27,345 bases of DNA from a virus. Taxonomy: Duplodnaviria > Caudoviricetes. The stretch is from the IMG/VR virus record IMGVR_UViG_3300034682_000170, positions 1 to 27,345 of that record. One strand, written 5' to 3'. Position numbers and translations under genes: made by a program. Below, piece by piece: positions 14,501 through 22,907 of this stretch; position 1 is the first letter of the stretch, and the number at the start of each line of letters is the position of its first letter. The notes under the pieces are model-generated. The model was not told the origin of the DNA and ran no database searches. It was given only the letters and a program-made list of their open reading frames with translations.

Positions 14501-15471
14501 CCCACTACCTGGTTGATCTTGTCGCTGCTGGAAGGCTCCGGCAACAGCTCTAGATCCCCGATGAGCTGATGGGCCCGCAGCTCGTCACTCGCCGGGCCAT
14601 AGTAGGCACCGGCAATAATGCCGTGCTTGCCGCCCACATAGGTCGGCTGGCCCGCACATGCCATGTGCATGGCCTCCAATACCTTGGCTCTGGGTTCGCC
14701 CAGGTCAAACTCCATGTTGATGGTGTAACGGGCCTCGGTGCCACCGCCGGGGATGGTCACACGCTCGTCGCAAAGGTTCGCGGCCTGGATAAACTCGTCG
14801 AGCCGGATCTCATCGTCCGGCACCTTGAGCCAGGAACGGTAATAGTCGAGGATCACCAGGGCGGCGTTCGCGCTCCACTTCCACTTGCCGTCTCGGGGAT
14901 CCCACACCTCCTTCCCGAACTTCTCCACCTTGATATTCGGCAACCCGGCGGGGAACTTCTCGGCGTCGAACTTGCACGAGATCCGCAGCCAGGTGATGCC
15001 CCTGCCGATCATGTCAGAGTGCCAATCGGCGCAGTTAGCCAGCATGAAGGGATCGCAGGTCTGACGGTCGGCGTGCAGCTCGTAGTTGACCAACTCCCCG
15101 AAGGTGCCGACCAGGTCGTCACCAAGCCAGATATTCCCGATACGGTTGAGCTTGTGGCCAGCCAGTACCAGGGCGATATGCAGCCACTCCCCCTCGTCCT
15201 GTTCGCCCGCCTGCTCGGCAGCAAAGCTCATCAGGCCCGACGAGATCACCCGGCCATAGGTGCAAGTCTTGTCGCTGGCGGCAGCCCGCAGGATCTGGCT
15301 GCGCTCGCTGGCGCTGCGATAGTCCCCCAGGCTGGGTTTCTTGGCGGTGATCATCATGGTGGCGCTGGCCACCGCCGTCCCGATGGCGATGGCCGTGGCG
15401 GTAGTGACCACCAGGGCCGACCCCGCGCCAGCGGCGACACCAGCAATGATAGGAATGGCAACAGCGGGCAT
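11566..15471 (-). CDS. central tail tip / host-specificity protein (J-like)
   Basis: 1301 aa from ATG 15471; YGRV, GLPNI...VWDPR...WSANAAL, FN3-like repeats, coiled coil, DUF1983-like FVVDADVFAV...PFVIKNG. Confidence 0.88.
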   Translation of the reverse strand: MPAVAIPIIAGVAAGAGSALVVTTATAIAIGTAVASATMMITAKKPSLGDYRSASERSQILRAAASDKTCTYGRVISSGLMSFAAEQAGEQDEGEWLHIALVLAGHKLNRIGNIWLGDDLVGTFGELVNYELHADRQTCDPFMLANCADWHSDMIGRGITWLRISCKFDAEKFPAGLPNIKVEKFGKEVWDPRDGKWKWSANAALVILDYYRSWLKVPDDEIRLDEFIQAANLCDERVTIPGGGTEARYTINMEFDLGEPRAKVLEAMHMACAGQPTYVGGKHGIIAGAYYGPASDELRAHQLIGDLELLPEPSSSDKINQVVGTFVDPVSFKKTDFPAVIVPEWVEEDGGHPLIEDLDLRCVTSEYQAQRLANIILRQRRNARTLTCSVNLSGWRYRPGQTIKLYVPALGINGVEFRVTDWSFSLNGGVDLTLREDSPLFWADAIGKPMARPEITGLPTGGAAMPDLLRYELEQLGEVLQGVLSWRNTGTVAYNQVIIQRLAQGAAPVTVMTAQVPGQSCRVNGLTTGNYVALVRAVALTGAHSPVAAVNFVITAPAMPQGVDVEAGNWSLALRPRFAGGHDYGVLCEWWWSHINHPLGEAMTKAIPAGMASYMTLQGLRPDTEYFVWLRAVNAYGKSGLIAATARTSYDVASILDVLDGEIGAEHLREELRKPIAAIPGLGQSLTDLDGALSALDKRERDVKTLLENTQNQLGENYINVTLVTEQLRQRIDRYNLDFSDFRDAVFKLDPETGLITMEAINAVRSELAAEITTVSQHLDAVEGIVKTCVTRAEISADLERITAVEQQIDGINGTLAQTATKSEVTAVGSQVTQVGQELNAVKGTLGQKAAQSTVDEQGQRLAAAEQKLIANTSDTSANAQRIEQVKAELRQADATISASVTDLAQAVATTTGAQAQRLQALEVLTNGQSAAINELQQVVTGDGQSLASKLENLTASVDLTAEAEILGALAADTEATRQRKAAGQIRRDQQVQVSQTQALAEIVETVQVQLDDTSAAVQTVSRAQADTAGQVEAGWYTKAQINGEGGGFGLSVKLAADGSTLSSFVVDADVFAVLSRVSGVTSKRNPFVIKNGITYLNKALMDSADINSLVAAYISVTELVGLNIKGSSISGTNIIGGSLNIGAGKAIINSAGKATLQDADIIGKITALSGVLRNVTIEDTCKINGTLEAGQIVGDIVRVYDASNQAQINLGSASFAREISFSIIVNSGREKTTGNAILNGATVKTVTSTAIDVAGTISANTVSAAHVVTIPAGVSHTARFSWSGNGGYNSAYCLVIVSKK

Positions 15472-15872
15472 TACTCGACTCTCCAGGCAAAAAGGGGAAC
15501 GGCATCGGGAATGGGGCGGGCGCCCTGCTCGGTCATGGCCCACACCTGCCCCGCCCACATCACAGCGGCGGTCTGACCCTGGGGGCCCTCAAACACCAGG
15601 GCATCACCCCGCTGGGCCATGGCCACCGGCACCCGCTCAAACAGCGTATCGAGGGCGGCGGCAATGCTGCCGTGGGTCTTGGCCAACACCCGCTTGGCGC
15701 CGGTCTCGGTGCTGTAGCGGCCGCGATAGGCGGCCGCCGGATCTTTGTCACAGGCCGCCAGGCAGACATCCGCCACAAACAGACAACAGTCGTTTTTGCC
15801 CCAACAAAAAGGCCGCTCGGAGGCGGCCTGAATGGTTTGGATGGTGCGGAGTTGCCAGTCTGGGTGGCGCAT
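15471..15872 (-). CDS. tail-associated NlpC/P60-like (DUF6950-type) protein
   Basis: PFCWGKNDCCLFVAD, RGRYST, AQRGD motifs. Confidence 0.75.
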   Translation of the reverse strand: MRHPDWQLRTIQTIQAASERPFCWGKNDCCLFVADVCLAACDKDPAAAYRGRYSTETGAKRVLAKTHGSIAAALDTLFERVPVAMAQRGDALVFEGPQGQTAAVMWAGQVWAMTEQGARPIPDAVPLFAWRVE

Positions 15873-15875
15873 GAG

Positions 15876-16469
15876 TCAGTCCTTATAAACGAAACCGGGG
15901 GCGTCCCTCTTCGAGCCCCAGAAGATAGACTTATCAGCCATCTCATCCTGGTAGCGGAAGAAGTGATCATCGGGATAGAGACGGCGGTGACTCTCGTTGG
16001 TGTTGCGCAGGTTCAAGCCCCGCTGCCAATCCTCGAAGATATTGGAGATGGTGAGCTGAATAGTGTTGGTTCGGCCCGCCTTGACGGGGGTCTGGGCGAT
16101 GCGCCCCTTGAACTGGAGGCAGGCATTGAGCGGCGCCCCGTCAGGGCCCATCACGACCAGGTAGAGCCAGGCCATCCGATCCACGATGCGCTCGCGCATC
16201 ACCTCTGCGAGCAGGCTGTCATCCAGCCCACCCATGGCGACCGACATCTTGGTCGGCGAGGTGGATAGCTGCTCTTTCTGGGGGCCGACAGACCCCATGG
16301 AGCCCACGCCGTAATAGGTCTCGCCGTCGATAACCAGGGGCCCCAAGCCGGAATGAATGCGGCTGATGCCGCTGACCAGATCCAGCTTGAGCGCATAGAC
16401 GGCTGTCACATGGGGCTGATTCAGGGCATTGATGGTCGCCGGGTCTAACCCGGTCAGCAGGACGGTCAT
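15876..16469 (-). CDS. minor tail / baseplate hub-like protein
   Basis: 197 aa; GETYYGVG and YPDDHFF...IFWG motifs; position. Confidence 0.7.
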   Translation of the reverse strand: MTVLLTGLDPATINALNQPHVTAVYALKLDLVSGISRIHSGLGPLVIDGETYYGVGSMGSVGPQKEQLSTSPTKMSVAMGGLDDSLLAEVMRERIVDRMAWLYLVVMGPDGAPLNACLQFKGRIAQTPVKAGRTNTIQLTISNIFEDWQRGLNLRNTNESHRRLYPDDHFFRYQDEMADKSIFWGSKRDAPGFVYKD

Positions 16470-17080
16470 GGATAGAAGCTCTCCACGAAGGACAGAGACA
16501 CATCGGTGAACACGCCGGGGGAGCGCTGAAATGTCACTGCCTTGTCGCCGTTCAGCATGAACACCCCACTGGGACGGCTTACCAACAGAGGCGTGCCAGA
16601 TGGGTAGTTATTGCGAAGCATGGGTGCGACCCGGATCAGCGCGCTGCCACTCAGATCCGAAGTTACGTCGGCCAGCACCCGTTTCAGTTCATCTCCGACC
16701 TGGATCCAGTCGCCGACCTGCAAGACCTTGGTGCCAGGCGTCCAGCCGCGACTGGTCAGCGACTTGCGCATTGCCAGCGCCTCAGTCACAACAGGGGCGC
16801 CGCGCACCGGCTGTGGGCTACTGACCAGCCGCGCACCGAAGTCCCATAGACGAACCCGGCCCGCTTGCCCATGCAGGGAGAAGATCAGCGCCTCCAAACG
16901 GCGAGCTTTGTCCACGGGCAGCCCCTTGAAGCTGAGCTGCATCACCACCTTGGCGCCGGGGGTTTCCGCCGTCTGGGTGGAACCCGTCCAGGGGGATTCG
17001 AACGTCCTGGTCATGCCCTCCAGCCCCAGGCCCATCTCGCCAGGGATCAGATCCACTGGCCAGTCAATTACTTCAGCCAT
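16466..17080 (-). CDS. distal tail protein
   Basis: Follows the tape measure gene; FESPWTGSTQT, C-terminal LSFVE. Confidence 0.7.
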   Translation of the reverse strand: MAEVIDWPVDLIPGEMGLGLEGMTRTFESPWTGSTQTAETPGAKVVMQLSFKGLPVDKARRLEALIFSLHGQAGRVRLWDFGARLVSSPQPVRGAPVVTEALAMRKSLTSRGWTPGTKVLQVGDWIQVGDELKRVLADVTSDLSGSALIRVAPMLRNNYPSGTPLLVSRPSGVFMLNGDKAVTFQRSPGVFTDVSLSFVESFYP

Positions 17081-17086
17081 TCATCA

Positions 17087-19393
17087 TCACCCCATCAATT
17101 TACGGATAGTCCCGTAGCTAGACACATCCTCAACCACCATCTGATACGCCTGCCTGGCTCCGGCCTCTGCGCCTTGTCGGGCGGCTTGCTGACAGGCGTG
17201 GGCCAGGGCTTCATCGCCCGCACCAGACACGGAGATATGCTGGATGACAGTCACCCCGCCACCGCTGCCACCCTGCCCTGCTGCACGCTCCAGGATCGCC
17301 GCCGACTCGCGCCGACTGGTAACTTTGGCTGGGCCACGCACCAGGGTGCCATCCACGAACTCGTCGCCGAGTTCCGACACGATGCCGAACTGGTTGGCCG
17401 GGATATACCCGCCCTTGTCGAACATGCCGGCGATGGCCTGCCCTGCCACCATGCCCGCCGAGGCATACCCCATCGCCTTGACGCTGGCGGCGAGCCCCAT
17501 GCTGTACGGTGGCGGAAAGGCCGCCAACGCCTTGGCAGAGGCCTCTTCGGTTGACACGATGATCGACGGAATGGCCGCCGCCTTCTGCATGGCAAACAGC
17601 GTCTTATAGACACCGGTGTGCTCCATGCCAGCCTGCTGCATCGCCGAGGTGGTGATGCTCATTTGCTGTTGGGTGAAGCTCAGCAGCTCGGCAGAGACTA
17701 CCGCCTGATACTCTCGCTGCTTGTTGACCCGGTCATTTTCGATCTGCAACAAGCGGGACTGGTGATCCTGCTCCAACTGCTCGCGGGCGCCAAAGCGCTC
17801 CATCTGCAATTGCATCTGCAACTCATGATTACCAGCGGCGGCATCATAGGCGCTGGCATACTGCTGTTGCAGGCGTGCCTGGGCGTCTTGCCAGCGGCTC
17901 GACTCCTCGATAATTGAGGCGCCATAGGCCTCCTGAGCCTGCACGGCGCGGGCGTCATACCACCGCTGATCGACCCCAGCCAGGGCGGCATTGCTGTTCT
18001 CAAGCAGCGCTTGGCGCTTGGCCAGCTCGCGGGAGATCTGGGCGGTTTCCTCGCGGAAGGAATCGACGGCGGCATAATTGGCGGCCTTGGCTTTCTTCGG
18101 CGCCTTGGGGGCATCCTGGATCGCCACTACACCGACAGGGCGGGCGGCACCAGGGACAGGCAAAGGCGCCTCGCCATCACCTGCCGTTGTGGCCGAGGCG
18201 ACTTTCTGGCGTAGCAAGTCGAGGTTTTTGAAATAACCATCCCAACCGTTACCCTCGCCAACATTCTGGAACGATTTAACACGCTCTTCCGCCTGGGCAA
18301 GGGCCTCACTAATCTGAGCAAGATGACCGAAAGCGTGCTCACCGACAGAGCCCTCCGCATTGGCAACCTCACTGAATGCTTTCTTGGCCTCGTTGTAATC
18401 GGCCCGAGCCGCAAACAGATCGGCACGGGCCTTGAGATAAGGCGCCCGCATCGACTCATTCATCAGGGGCTCGACCTTGTTGATCGTCTGATCAACCCAC
18501 TGCATCAGCGCTTGCAAGGCGCGGCTTGCTTGCTCCACGCCATCGATCACATAGAGCGCGATCCCCTTGCCCAGTTCGGCAAAGCCGCCCTTGGCCTCGG
18601 CACTGTCGGTGATCCAGGTTCTGATCAGGCGGGAGCCTTCCGCCACAGCAGGGGCCATGCTCGCCTTGACCTGCTGCCAGAGCGCCCCCATCACCGACAC
18701 CAGGCGATCAAGCTCAAGACGGGCATCGCGCACCGCGGCGAACTGGCCGCCAGTGAGCGACATGCCCATCGCCTCGATGCTATCGGCGAACGTCAGCAGC
18801 TCACCGTTGCGGGTGTAGAGGGTATCGAACAGCTCAGCCGCTGCGTCGTTCAGCTCATCGAGCCAGAATCGCGCATCGCTGGCACTCATTTTCTGGAGTT
18901 CAGCAGTGAAACGACGCAACTGCTCATCTGGCGAGAGGGTCGCCCACGACTGCGCCGACTGGCCGATCTGCTTGAAGAAATCCGCCAGAGGGCCGCCGCC
19001 GGTCTTGGCGGCATCTGCGATCTTGACGTTGAGATCCTTGACCACATCCGCCAGCCGCTCACTGCTGGTGCCCGCCCATTCGGCGGCCTGGGCGTAGGCG
19101 TGCCACTGCTGCGCAGCGATGCCAACATTGCGGCCAAGCTGGGCAGTCTGATCCAGCGAGCTGTAAGCGGCCTTGATCCCGGCCAGAGCAGCCCCTGAGC
19201 CAAGGGCGATCAGGGCACTGCGCAGACTGAATATCTGCGCAATCGTGGCCTGCACGCCCCCGGCCACCGCCTTGGCGCCGGTGACGATGCTGCCACCAAA
19301 GCTGGTGAAGTCGTCTCGGGAACGTTTCAGCTCGCTGCGAAACTGCGCAGCGTTGAGCCCCAGGGTGGTGACCAGGGAGCGAAGTACAGCCAT
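17087..19393 (-). CDS. tail tape measure protein
   Basis: 768 aa Ala-rich helical protein; GMFDKGGYIP...GIVSELGDEFV C-terminal motif; follows the chaperones. Confidence 0.9.
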   Translation of the reverse strand: MAVLRSLVTTLGLNAAQFRSELKRSRDDFTSFGGSIVTGAKAVAGGVQATIAQIFSLRSALIALGSGAALAGIKAAYSSLDQTAQLGRNVGIAAQQWHAYAQAAEWAGTSSERLADVVKDLNVKIADAAKTGGGPLADFFKQIGQSAQSWATLSPDEQLRRFTAELQKMSASDARFWLDELNDAAAELFDTLYTRNGELLTFADSIEAMGMSLTGGQFAAVRDARLELDRLVSVMGALWQQVKASMAPAVAEGSRLIRTWITDSAEAKGGFAELGKGIALYVIDGVEQASRALQALMQWVDQTINKVEPLMNESMRAPYLKARADLFAARADYNEAKKAFSEVANAEGSVGEHAFGHLAQISEALAQAEERVKSFQNVGEGNGWDGYFKNLDLLRQKVASATTAGDGEAPLPVPGAARPVGVVAIQDAPKAPKKAKAANYAAVDSFREETAQISRELAKRQALLENSNAALAGVDQRWYDARAVQAQEAYGASIIEESSRWQDAQARLQQQYASAYDAAAGNHELQMQLQMERFGAREQLEQDHQSRLLQIENDRVNKQREYQAVVSAELLSFTQQQMSITTSAMQQAGMEHTGVYKTLFAMQKAAAIPSIIVSTEEASAKALAAFPPPYSMGLAASVKAMGYASAGMVAGQAIAGMFDKGGYIPANQFGIVSELGDEFVDGTLVRGPAKVTSRRESAAILERAAGQGGSGGGVTVIQHISVSGAGDEALAHACQQAARQGAEAGARQAYQMVVEDVSSYGTIRKLMG

Positions 19394-19402
19394 GGAGATT
19401 CC

Positions 19403-19624
19403 TTACCCAAGCAGCGCCTTGACGGCCAGTTGGGACTCTACCGGGGTGATGGTCTCGGGGTCTTTCGGGGTGGGGTGCAAGCGCTCATGCTCAAGGGCGT
19501 ACCACGCGGCCCAGGTATCCAGCTCGGAGACCGGCAAGGCCATGATCTCCGTGATGCTTTTGTGTAGATCCAGCGCCAGCCGGATCACCCATTTCAGGGT
19601 GTCGCTGGCGCGGATCCGTTTTTT
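19403..19624 (-). CDS. tail assembly chaperone frameshift extension (gpGT-like)
   Basis: The -1 frame after A AAA AAC reads KRIRASDTLKWVIRLALDLHKSITEIMALPVSELDTWAAWY... Confidence 0.75.
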   Translation of the reverse strand, partial: KKRIRASDTLKWVIRLALDLHKSITEIMALPVSELDTWAAWYALEHERLHPTPKDPETITPVESQLAVKALLG

Positions 19625-20004
19625 TCCTGCTCCGTGGCCTGCTCACCCATCCGGTTCAGGGCCTTGGCCACGGGTATCAGCCGGTCAACCAGCGACATGG
19701 GCATGGCGTCCATCAGCTGAGGTACATCGTCCTGGGTGGCAAGCGGCTCTCCGTCCTCATTGACCATGCAGGCCACGAGCAGGGAGACCATCCACTGATA
19801 GGGGTTATCAGCCAGGGGGTGCCCCGTGATCGGGTCGAAGTTGCGGCGCTGGAATTCGAGCAGCCCGGCGATAGGCATCTCGCGCACGATGATCTCCATC
19901 CCATCACCGAACTCGGGGGCGGGGACACGTTCATTCCGATAGGCCAGCTTGTTGAGCAGGGCCGCCGCCGTGACAGTGGGCGACTTTATTTTTTTGGTCG
20001 TCAT
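19594..20004 (-). CDS. tail assembly chaperone (gpG-like)
   Basis: 136 aa between tail tube and tape measure; ends EQEKN at the slippery site. Confidence 0.8.
   Translation of the reverse strand: MTTKKIKSPTVTAAALLNKLAYRNERVPAPEFGDGMEIIVREMPIAGLLEFQRRNFDPITGHPLADNPYQWMVSLLVACMVNEDGEPLATQDDVPQLMDAMPMSLVDRLIPVAKALNRMGEQATEQEKNGSAPATP
19618..19624 (-). other. -1 programmed ribosomal frameshift site
   Basis: GAA AAA AAC contains in-frame X XXY YYZ heptamer AAAAAAC. Confidence 0.8.
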
Positions 20005-20010
20005 GTTTGA

Positions 20011-20451
20011 TTAAGCCCCCGCCTTCTTGCCCCAGGTAACCCGACCGTTTTGCTTGACCGGCACCACCCAGTCGAGGGTCTTGTCGCCGCCGGTCTCATC
20101 GCGCATATAGCCCAGCAGCACCACCTCATACTCGGCGGTAACGCCATCCGGCCATTCGTGCTGAATGATGACGATCTTGCCCGCGCGAGCGGCGGTGAAG
20201 AACGCCTCCTGACCGGGATCGTCGCTATAGAATTTCCCCTTGAGCTCCTTGTCAGGGCCATCGAACAGGCCCGCAAGGTAGCGCTTGGCGGTATCTTCCA
20301 GGGTGGTTTGCTCCAGTGTTGGGGTCTTTTCACCGACCTGGCCGATGGTCATCATCCCCATCACCTGCTGGAAGGTTGTGGCGGCGCCCTTCTCCTTGAA
20401 GAGAGTGATGGTGCCCGCACCCAGGACGGCGTCTTTCGTGGTAGAACTCAT
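20011..20451 (-). CDS. major tail tube protein
   Basis: 146 aa; LEQTTLEDTAKRYLAGLFDG, DDPGQ, WPDG motifs. Confidence 0.85.
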   Translation of the reverse strand: MSSTTKDAVLGAGTITLFKEKGAATTFQQVMGMMTIGQVGEKTPTLEQTTLEDTAKRYLAGLFDGPDKELKGKFYSDDPGQEAFFTAARAGKIVIIQHEWPDGVTAEYEVVLLGYMRDETGGDKTLDWVVPVKQNGRVTWGKKAGA

Positions 20452-20816
20452 GATCGATTTCTCCGATTGGTGGTTTGGATCTCAACGATGGCGCGCAGCG
20501 TGCTGCCGCCTTCGCTCTTGGCGTCCCGCGCATCGAGCACGGTCACCCGTTGAAACTGGGGGGTTGTGGTGTTGTCCAGGGCAGCCAGCCGGTTGGCCAG
20601 TTCGTCAAGCTGCGCCTGACGAGTGGCAAACAGGTCGATCTGCCAGTTGTGACTTTGCAAGGCGATCCCGCCCTCCAGAGTGCGGGCAGCCTGCACTGGC
20701 GAGGTGAGGAAGTAGCCCGCCGCTGGCAGCGCTGCCTCTTGAGGAACGGTGCCGGGGTATGGCTCAAGGCCAAGGGTGCCGCTGATAAGCTGGTGAAATG
20801 CTTCTCTGAATATCAT
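20448..20816 (-). CDS. tail terminator / completion protein (DUF3168-like)
   Basis: PYPGTVPQEAALP, WQIDLFA; position. Confidence 0.7.
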   Translation of the reverse strand: MIFREAFHQLISGTLGLEPYPGTVPQEAALPAAGYFLTSPVQAARTLEGGIALQSHNWQIDLFATRQAQLDELANRLAALDNTTTPQFQRVTVLDARDAKSEGGSTLRAIVEIQTTNRRNRS

Positions 20817-21373
20817 CGCAGTGCCTTGTCGATGGCCGCTGACAGCGTGGTGCGCTGGATCTCGAGCGCGTCCTCGATATGGCGGTCAAATGCCGGGCGG
20901 ATAAAGGGGCCAGCCTCAATGCCAGGGTGAATAAGAGCCTCTTGCCCTGGTCGGTCACGGCGCAGGTGGGCACGTTTCTGAGCCTTGGCCGAGTCGCTGT
21001 GTTTTTTGAGGCTGGCCCCCGAGGCGAGGCTGTGCTCGCGAGTGCCATTCTCAAGCCAGAAGGCATACACAGGGGCGTCAATGGCCTTGCCAGCCGCCAC
21101 CTGTACCTTGTGGTTTTTGAACACCCCAACAGAGGCAACCACATCAGCCCAGGTGGGGTTTCGTGGAATGCTGACGCGCATCTTGATGCTCTCGCCAAGC
21201 TGCCCTGTGTCGTGGTTCCAATTCTGCTCGTAAAGGGATCGGGTGTCGGCAAGCACCGGCTGGGCCGAAGTCCGCACCACTTCCCGCAGCACCTTCTTCT
21301 GCAAGGCCAAATCCAGGTTGGCGAGTTGGTTTTCCAACTCGTCAAACCCGGCCACATCAAACGAGGTCGTCAT
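20813..21373 (-). CDS. HK97 gp10-like head-tail protein
   Basis: VAGFDELENQL, DTGQLGESI, FWLENGT, PFIRPAFD. Confidence 0.85.
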   Translation of the reverse strand: MTTSFDVAGFDELENQLANLDLALQKKVLREVVRTSAQPVLADTRSLYEQNWNHDTGQLGESIKMRVSIPRNPTWADVVASVGVFKNHKVQVAAGKAIDAPVYAFWLENGTREHSLASGASLKKHSDSAKAQKRAHLRRDRPGQEALIHPGIEAGPFIRPAFDRHIEDALEIQRTTLSAAIDKALR

Positions 21374-21693
21374 GGGTCTACCCTCTCGGCGGTGATGGTC
21401 AACCAGGTGCGGCGCTGATCTGGTTGCGCCAGCTTGATGTCCAGTATCTCCCCAGACGCTTCCAGGCGAATGCGCTGGGCGGTAGTCACACCGGGGCGGT
21501 GGCGGATCCGTATGCTGTACTGACCTTCACTCACCTCTCGCCCTGCCCGGATCTGCTCCCTCCCGCCAATCATCTGCACATCAGCCCAGATGGGGCTGGA
21601 TTCACTCCAGCCGTCCTGAAGTTGACCAACAGCATCGCGGCCAAACTGGCGGGCAAGCAAGGTGATGCGATGGCGCAAGCGGCCTGCTGGCAT
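21370..21693 (-). CDS. head closure protein (SPP1 gp16-like)
   Basis: AGRLRHRITL, IWADV, IRIRHRPGVT. Confidence 0.85.
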   Translation of the reverse strand: MPAGRLRHRITLLARQFGRDAVGQLQDGWSESSPIWADVQMIGGREQIRAGREVSEGQYSIRIRHRPGVTTAQRIRLEASGEILDIKLAQPDQRRTWLTITAERVDP

Positions 21694-21707
21694 GTTTCCT
21701 CCGGCAA

Positions 21708-21733
21708 TAAAAAACCCCGCCGAAGCGGGGTTG
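21708..21733 (-). terminator. intrinsic terminator (UUCG loop)
   Basis: Minus strand CCCCGC-TTCG-GCGGGG-TTTTTT. Confidence 0.75.
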
Positions 21734-21748
21734 TGGTTTGATGATGGA

Positions 21749-22090
21749 TTAGCTGTGGTGCCACCAGATCCTGATTTTATTGACTACCTGCCAGATCACC
21801 CCCAGCGCCAAGATGGCGGCACCTGTGCCGTAGCTGTACGGAGTAGGCGCCACACCTTTGGCATTGAGCCAGAGCGGCATCAGTACCAACATGCCGACCC
21901 CGACCGCCATCACCAGGTATGCCCACAGCACCTGCTCTTTCAGGTTCTTTGATGTCTGTTGCGTAGTCGTCAACCGCTCGCCAGTATCCACCACATCAGC
22001 CAATTGCATCACCGGCGAACCGCAGTGCGGGCAACTGGCCGCCTTGTCAGATACTTGGCCGCGACACTCGGCGCATTCAATCAGAGCCAT
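21749..22090 (-). CDS. zinc-ribbon two-TM membrane protein (moron-like)
   Basis: CAEC...CPHC zinc ribbon, two hydrophobic helices, WWHHS end; GGGAGG RBS; own terminator. Confidence 0.8.
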   Translation of the reverse strand: MALIECAECRGQVSDKAASCPHCGSPVMQLADVVDTGERLTTTQQTSKNLKEQVLWAYLVMAVGVGMLVLMPLWLNAKGVAPTPYSYGTGAAILALGVIWQVVNKIRIWWHHS

Positions 22091-22147
22091 TATCCCTCCC
22101 GTATCAATCCCGGTAGGGTATATCCGATCAGGCCCCTGATCCAGCCA

Positions 22148-22498
22148 TCACGGATCCGGCGGCAACTCGGGAAACAAGATCCGGTAGGGGCCAAGCGCAT
22201 GGGAGTAAGCCAGCGGCAACTCTGCCACGATAGTGCCAGTGATGATGGGCTCGCGGTTCTCGTAGAACTGCGCCGCCGACATAAGAACCGCCAGGGTGAC
22301 AGCCGGGTTCTTCACGCTGATACCATAGTGATCGGTATCGGAGATTTCCTCATCGCTGTCGTAGATCTTGCGGCCCATGTAGTTGGAAGCCGCCACTTCG
22401 GCGGCCCCCAGGTACAACTCCAGCAGCTCGTCTTCATCCGTCATGCCTGCATCGAGGCGAAGCTGTTTTTTCAACAGCGAGATGTTGAGCAGTGCCAT
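22148..22498 (-). CDS. head-tail connector (HK97 gp6-like)
   Basis: LKKQLRLD...DEDELLELYLGAA...AVLMSAAQFYENRE...LGPYR; start ATG 22498. Confidence 0.88.
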   Translation of the reverse strand: MALLNISLLKKQLRLDAGMTDEDELLELYLGAAEVAASNYMGRKIYDSDEEISDTDHYGISVKNPAVTLAVLMSAAQFYENREPIITGTIVAELPLAYSHALGPYRILFPELPPDP

Positions 22499-22502
22499 CT
22501 GA

Positions 22503-22862
22503 TTACGCCTTATCGGTTTTGGCCTTGACCTGTTTACCCTTCGGTTCCTCTTCGGTCGCTCCCGCCTTGGCGCTCTTTTCAGCAGCCCGGGCCTGCTCTT
22601 CTGCCAGCGCGGCAGCCTGGGCTTGCTCTTCTGCCAGCGCGGCAGCCTGGGCTTGCTCTTCTGCCAGAGCGGCGGCTTGGGCTTGCTGCTGTTCGCGGGC
22701 CTGATACTCAGCCAGCTGGCGCTTGAGTTCGGCCTCGGTGTCATAACGAGCGATCCCGATCCTGACCAGTTCGTCTGCCTCTTCCTGGCTGGCAACCGGC
22801 AGTTTATCGCCTACGTTGCCCCGCTTTTCACCACACAGCGAGGTGAGCAAAATTACGTGCAT
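22503..22862 (-). CDS. post-capsid small protein with Ala/Glu/Gln repeats
   Basis: 119 aa from ATG 22862 (GGAGAG RBS); EADELVRIGIA head followed by repeats. Confidence 0.7.
   Translation of the reverse strand: MHVILLTSLCGEKRGNVGDKLPVASQEEADELVRIGIARYDTEAELKRQLAEYQAREQQQAQAAALAEEQAQAAALAEEQAQAAALAEEQARAAEKSAKAGATEEEPKGKQVKAKTDKA
22591..22680. repeat. 30-bp tandem repeat x3 (QAAALAEEQA)
   Basis: Three near-identical units at 22591, 22621, 22651. Confidence 0.9.
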
Positions 22863-22907
22863 GGGGTCTCTCCATTCAGCCGGGGGCATGGCCCCCGGCT
22901 TGGTTGA

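Noticed and set aside
22591-22680. CRISPR array
   Set aside because: Contiguous in-frame tandem repeats with no spacers.
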